Shown here: positions 63,861 to 64,000 of the stretch, one piece after another
Layout: every line of letters starts with the position of its first letter
Position numbering within the stretch: position 1 is the first letter of the stretch
Assembly (NCBI GenBank): GCA_012295275.1
Contig: CM022670.1
Span: 21,390,001-21,454,000 of the forward strand
DNA: 64,000 nt
From: Chrysomallon squamiferum
Taxonomy: Eukaryota > Animalia > Mollusca
Direction of reading: 5' to 3'
The notes under the pieces: model-generated
Told to the model about the DNA's origin: nothing
Database searches by the model: none
Seen by the model: only the letters and a program-made list of their open reading frames with translations
Program-made: the position numbers and the translations under genes

Positions 63861-64000
63861 TTTATATTTAGAAATTACGATGACTGGCTCATTACATCGT
63901 TAAGCTATTTAAATAAGAGGAAATTAAATGCGTAACAACTTAAAAATAAATATATTATTATTTTATTTTTTTTTTCTCCTAAAACCTTTCCGAATACATT

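Overview
AT-rich, intron-containing animal genomic DNA, probably a mollusc or other lophotrochozoan (inference); no prokaryotic features. Left half: a tandem pair of PARP14-like genes on the + strand. Copy A (62-7789) runs off the window start and copy B (18951-32885) is complete. The architecture is RRM/KH-like N-terminus (seen in copy B), two macrodomains, and an ADP-ribosyltransferase domain with a tankyrase-like H-Y-E triad. Between the copies lie nested decayed DNA transposons (hAT, pogo/Tigger) and an inverted fragment of a third PARP copy. Copy B has a compact NF-kB + ISRE + GAS motif cluster upstream of its ATG, a GC-AG intron, a 25-nt micro-exon and a +1 frameshift in a T6 run. Right half: housekeeping genes PRMT9 (+), TMEM184C (-), spartin/SPG20 (+, head-to-head with TMEM184C) and a 6-unit polyubiquitin (-). 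Exon boundaries were read by eye from splice consensus and frame continuity.
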